Origin: Amoebidium appalachense
Lineage: Eukaryota; Protista; Ichthyosporea
Direction: 5' to 3'
NCBI GenBank assembly: GCA_963693365.1
Contig: CAVNZM010000001.1
Location: 2,868,907 to 2,932,906 of the forward strand
Length of the DNA: 64,000 nucleotides
Both the position numbers and the translations under genes were made by a program. Positions 59,691-64,000 of the stretch are shown here, piece after piece; within the stretch, counting starts at the first letter, position 1, and each line of letters begins with the position of its first letter. The notes beneath the pieces were generated by a model. That model searched no databases, was not told the DNA's origin, and was given only the letters and a program-made list of their open reading frames with translations.

Positions 59691-59877
59691 TTAGGGGGAA
59701 AAAAGGAAGGGGAAAAAATCGGCGCAGCTGACTGGTGTATAGTGTGCACAGAAACAACAGACACACATATATAGACACGTGCACCACCCATTGACGCAGC
59801 CACCCACAAACCCATCCACCCCCCCGGGCCCCACCCTACTCTGCACGCACGCGCACGGCCACACGCGCGTGCGCGCG

Positions 59878-59953
<76 letters not shown>

Positions 59954-60885
59954 TACACACCTGCCCGTGTCACGCTGGGGGGGAGGTGGAGGCATGGGGA
60001 AGCTGCCACTGCCACCGTGAGAGGAGGCACCGGACGCTGCCTCGGAGGGCTCATCAACAGTCTGTTGACCCGCAAAAAAAAAAAAAAAAAGTTAGTCTAT
60101 GGTGCATGACGTCATCGTCTGCTGTTTTTCTATTTGTTATTACAAGACCCTGGTGCCGAGGTTTGCCGTCTTACGTTAGAGTATGTCCTAGAGGGAGGAG
60201 GGTGTTTGTGTGTTTGTTTGTTCTCCAGGGACGGGTTGTGGGGGTGGGGGTGGTGTGTAATGCGGCTCGGGGAGGAGGGGGAGGGGAGGGGGGGGGGGTA
60301 GAGAGAGACAGAGAGACACATAGGCAGGGAGAGAGGGAGGAAGGGCGGAGGGAGAAAGGGAGGGAGGGAGGGAGGGACGGACGGAGGGAGGGAGGGAGGG
60401 AGATAGGCAGAGAGAGAGAAATAAAGAGAGAGAAGGGGGAGAGAGAACGAACGAACTTATGGCGGACCTTGAGTGCAGGCTGTGCCGACGCATCCAGGGA
60501 CAGGTTCTGAATCTTCGAGAACAATGAGCTGAAGCTGAGCCTACTGGACGTGCGCCTCTTGACTGGCGCCATGGTGGGGGGCATCGCCTGTTGCTCGTCT
60601 TTGGTTGGACGAGATTCAACCAATGGGTGAGTTCCGTCAATATCCGCTGTTTTTTCCTTTTTAGGTTCTTCGGGCTTGGATGCGATTGGTTTGTTCGTGT
60701 ATGGCGCGGATGAGGGTTGGACAGGTGTGGTAGGGGCGGCGGTTGTGACGTCCGGTGTGGAAAGGGGTGTTCCACTCTCCTGGTTGATGGCGCGGAGTCG
60801 CTTCTGTGTGATTTCAAGTTTCGTGAGTCAGCTGCAGCCAACACGGTACCAACTTCGGTTTTTTTTGTTTTTTTTTTGGGGGGGT

Positions 60886-60973
<88 letters not shown>

Positions 60974-61294
60974 GAAGGGAGATTGCAGAAACCTCAAGGA
61001 AGAAGGTCACGAGCAGGGAAAGGTGGAGGGGGCCCGGGAGGGGGGGGGGGTAGGGGGGGTCAACCATTCACCTCGACTGCATGCGAAATTATGGGTGAGG
61101 AGGGTGGGGGAAAGGGCTATATTCCAGCCAATTGCTTGGGTAGAAACAGGAGGTGGTGCATTTGAAATTTCTCACACAGAGATTCCGCAGACAAAGCTGC
61201 TTGGCAAGCAAATGAACATGTACGCACGCACACACACACGCACACGCACGTGCACGCGCGCGCACACACACACACAAAAAAACACACACACACA

Positions 61295-61362
<68 letters not shown>

Positions 61363-62279
61363 CACACGCACACACCTCCAGGTACTCTGCCTGCTGGGCC
61401 AGCACGAGGGCAATTTCGTTGTCACGTGACTGCTGGGGGGGTCTGTAGGCACTGGGAGTGGGGGCCCTGAGGGTATGAACCAATCAGAATCGCTGATGAT
61501 GCAAAAAATGCATTCTTTCTGCCATGTGGTCTCATGCAAACACCAGTGTAGCGTGACACCATGAATACCCTTTCACGAGTCTCTCAGCTAGAGACACAAG
61601 CAGAAAAAAAATGACAGCAAAAAAAAAGAGGAACACCATATCCCCCTCCCCTCCCCCTCCCTCCCCCACCACCACCACCACCCCCCTGCCCCCCTAAAAA
61701 CACACACAAGCTGGCGGACCCTTGTTTATGCTAGCAAGAGGGGAAGGGGGGGAGGGGGGGAGGTTAAAAACACACTTAAAAAAGGGAGGTGGGGGGGGGG
61801 GGGGGGTCTTTTTTGGGGGGCGAGGAGGGGGTGGGGAGGGGAGGAAAAGGGAGAAGAAACGACGGAGCAAGCACGCCAACACCCCCTCACCTGATGCGTG
61901 GCTGTGCCTGGTGGGGCATGGCCGTGGCACTGCTTGCACTTGATGACCCACTGTGTCCTGTGCCTCCACCAATCGGCATGGGCACTGGCCGGCCGGCACA
62001 TACAGCCGTAGCAGAACTGCTGCTGCTGCTGCTGCTGCCACTGAACGGGACGAATATTGGGTTATTCACCATATAAGGAGGTTGAAGGTATTTGAATGCA
62101 ACAGTGGCATGGCATTATTAAGACATAAACATGCAGGGAGAAAGATGCAAAGGCACAGAAGGCTGCAGGTAACGAATCGACGACGACATTTGTACTTTGC
62201 ACACACCCTCACAGTTTTTTCTGCTACGCAAGAAGGTTCGTTCTTTCATCGAGGCCACTACGTGAGGATACATATCTGG

Positions 62280-62315
<36 letters not shown>

Positions 62316-62786
62316 GGGGGGGGGAGGGGGGGGGGGGGGGAAGGGGGAGGGGGGGGGGGGGGGGGAGGGGGGGGGGGGAAGGGGAAGTGGGATTAGGAGG
62401 GGTGTCCCAACCTGTCACTTGCACTTCTCTGCAGGGAGATACTGCTCGTGTGTGCAATGTGGTTGGGTTTGGATGATGCAATGCTGCTGCACCGCTGCAG
62501 TGAAGTGGCCGTGGGCACAACAATCCGGCCGTGATTGGTTCCCGCCAAAGATCCGACGTTATGATTGGGTCCCAGGGTAGATCCGACCGATCCGGCCAGA
62601 GATCCCGGCTGGTGATTGGCTGATGATGAAGAGGATGGCACGGGTAGGGGGACGGAACGTGAGGGGAGGCCACTGTTGAGAAGCCACATCACCTCTTGGA
62701 GCCTGTAGAGGGGTTGGTGAGTGGGAGGTGTGAGGTGGGGTATGGTGTATGTTTGTGTGTGTGTGTGTGTGTGTGTGTGCGTGCGT

Positions 62787-62839
<53 letters not shown>

Positions 62840-63225
62840 ATTTTTTTTTTTTTTTTTGGGGGGGGGGGGGGGGGGGGAGAGGGAAGGGGGAGGGGGAGGG
62901 GGAGGGGGAGCGAGCTTTGAGGGGAATGGGGGGGGGGGGGGGGGGCGGGTAGAAGAATTAGGTCGTTGAAGCACGGGGATGGGGTGACTGGGTGGGGTGG
63001 GGGGGCAGAAAGGATAGAGGGGCAGCGGTGGGGAGGGGGGGGTTAAGGAGGGGAGAGGTGGAGGGAACGGGGGAAAGGAAATAATGGTGGTCTTCTGTTT
63101 TCTTGGGGGGAGGGCAAGAGAGGGGAGGAGAGGGGGAATGGGCACGTACCCAACGAGAAACTGTTGCTGTGGGCCCATGATGGAACCTGGACGGCACAGA
63201 CGGCACCACACTATGGCCTCCATGG
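59120..63225 (-). CDS. CDC14: Dual-specificity phosphatase CDC14, 3' portion (5' exons beyond right edge)
   Basis: Exon 63225-63150 [23 protein letters not shown] is the CDC14 signature following the catalytic site. In-phase Ser/Pro-rich tail exons at ~62702-62412, 62041-61891, ~61442-61376, ~60804-60468, ~60061-59961, ~59204-59120 (TAA). The HCxxGxGRT motif is not in the window. Confidence 0.82.
59300..59450. repeat. Degenerate ~20-bp minisatellite (TTCGTGTATTCTCTT-like) in the last CDC14 intron
   Basis: About seven imperfect units visible. Confidence 0.7.
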
Positions 63226-63227
63226 CT

Positions 63228-63342
<115 letters not shown>

Positions 63343-63368
63343 CGTGTGCGTGTATGCGTGTGCGTGTA

Positions 63369-63455
<87 letters not shown>

Positions 63456-63839
63456 TGTGTGTGAAGGGGAGTCTTATGCCACATGTGGGGACGACCAGTC
63501 TTAATTAGTGAAGAGAAGAGATACATGTGAAAGCACTGCACAAAAACTGTGCACTGACAAGTGTTGAGAGCTAAAGTTGCAGTGGTCACCAGAAACATCA
63601 TTAAAAGTAGTCGTCGTGTTGTAATAGTCATCATGTTTATGAAGATCAATGGTTATCTTATTAAGTCAACCAATTTATAGAAATCATCATGTGGTTAGAT
63701 TTAACGAGTTAGTTGGAAAGTCCCGGTACCAAGTCGATTCTTATACGAGCATGATGGGTGGGGAGGCGGGGGGTTGGGGGGGGGGGGGGGGGGGGGGGGA
63801 GTGGATAGGGATTTATGTGGAATGTGGAATTTGTGTGGT

Positions 63840-63965
63840 ATGAAGTACGCATACACGATGAGAAGTATGGTGCAGGACACATGCAAGGCAAACATTCAAG
63901 TATGCAACATCAGCAATCCGCATTGTGTGCGTGATAAGCAGAGCCCATCCTCAGGGAGGGCCCAA
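63840..63965 (-). repeat. Family 2 repeat fragment (CUGAGGA strand + tail)
   Basis: Links the two parts of family 2: it has TAAGCAGAGCCCATCCTCAGGG (as at 4902-4923) and the tail shared with 24221 and 46381. Confidence 0.78.
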
Positions 63966-64000
63966 GGTGGGGGGTGGGGGGGGTGGGGTAAGGGCAGGAG

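Noticed and set aside
62224-62280. CDC14 exon after CCCAG at ~62275
   Set aside because: Stops in the required frame. The acceptor at ~62041 gives an open in-phase exon.

Overview
Eukaryotic, intron-rich genomic DNA. The gene set looks opisthokont, possibly a unicellular holozoan; this is inference only. Introns are packed with poly(G)/poly(C), (CA)n/(GT)n and (GA)n tracts, and these produce nearly all the ORF-track hits. Manual splicing gives six host genes: ATG7 (minus, runs off the left edge), a C2+VASt tail-anchored lipid-transfer protein, DCC1, an unusual UIM-UIM/DPF + OTU-like + Met/Gln-rich protein, TRM7/FTSJ1, and the 3' half of CDC14 (runs off the right edge). Mobile or accessory DNA includes an intact two-ORF LINE in an ATG7 intron and an intronless GH114 pseudogene split by a PIF/Harbinger-type MITE. 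Top finding: two related families of short dispersed repeats (4 near-complete cores, 3 fragments) carry all hammerhead ribozyme core motifs (CUGANGA, GAAA, GUU triplet) with a covarying stem III. The three strands lie in a non-circularly permuted ('jumbled', pseudoknotted) order. Structures were paired by eye and nothing was computed or searched.
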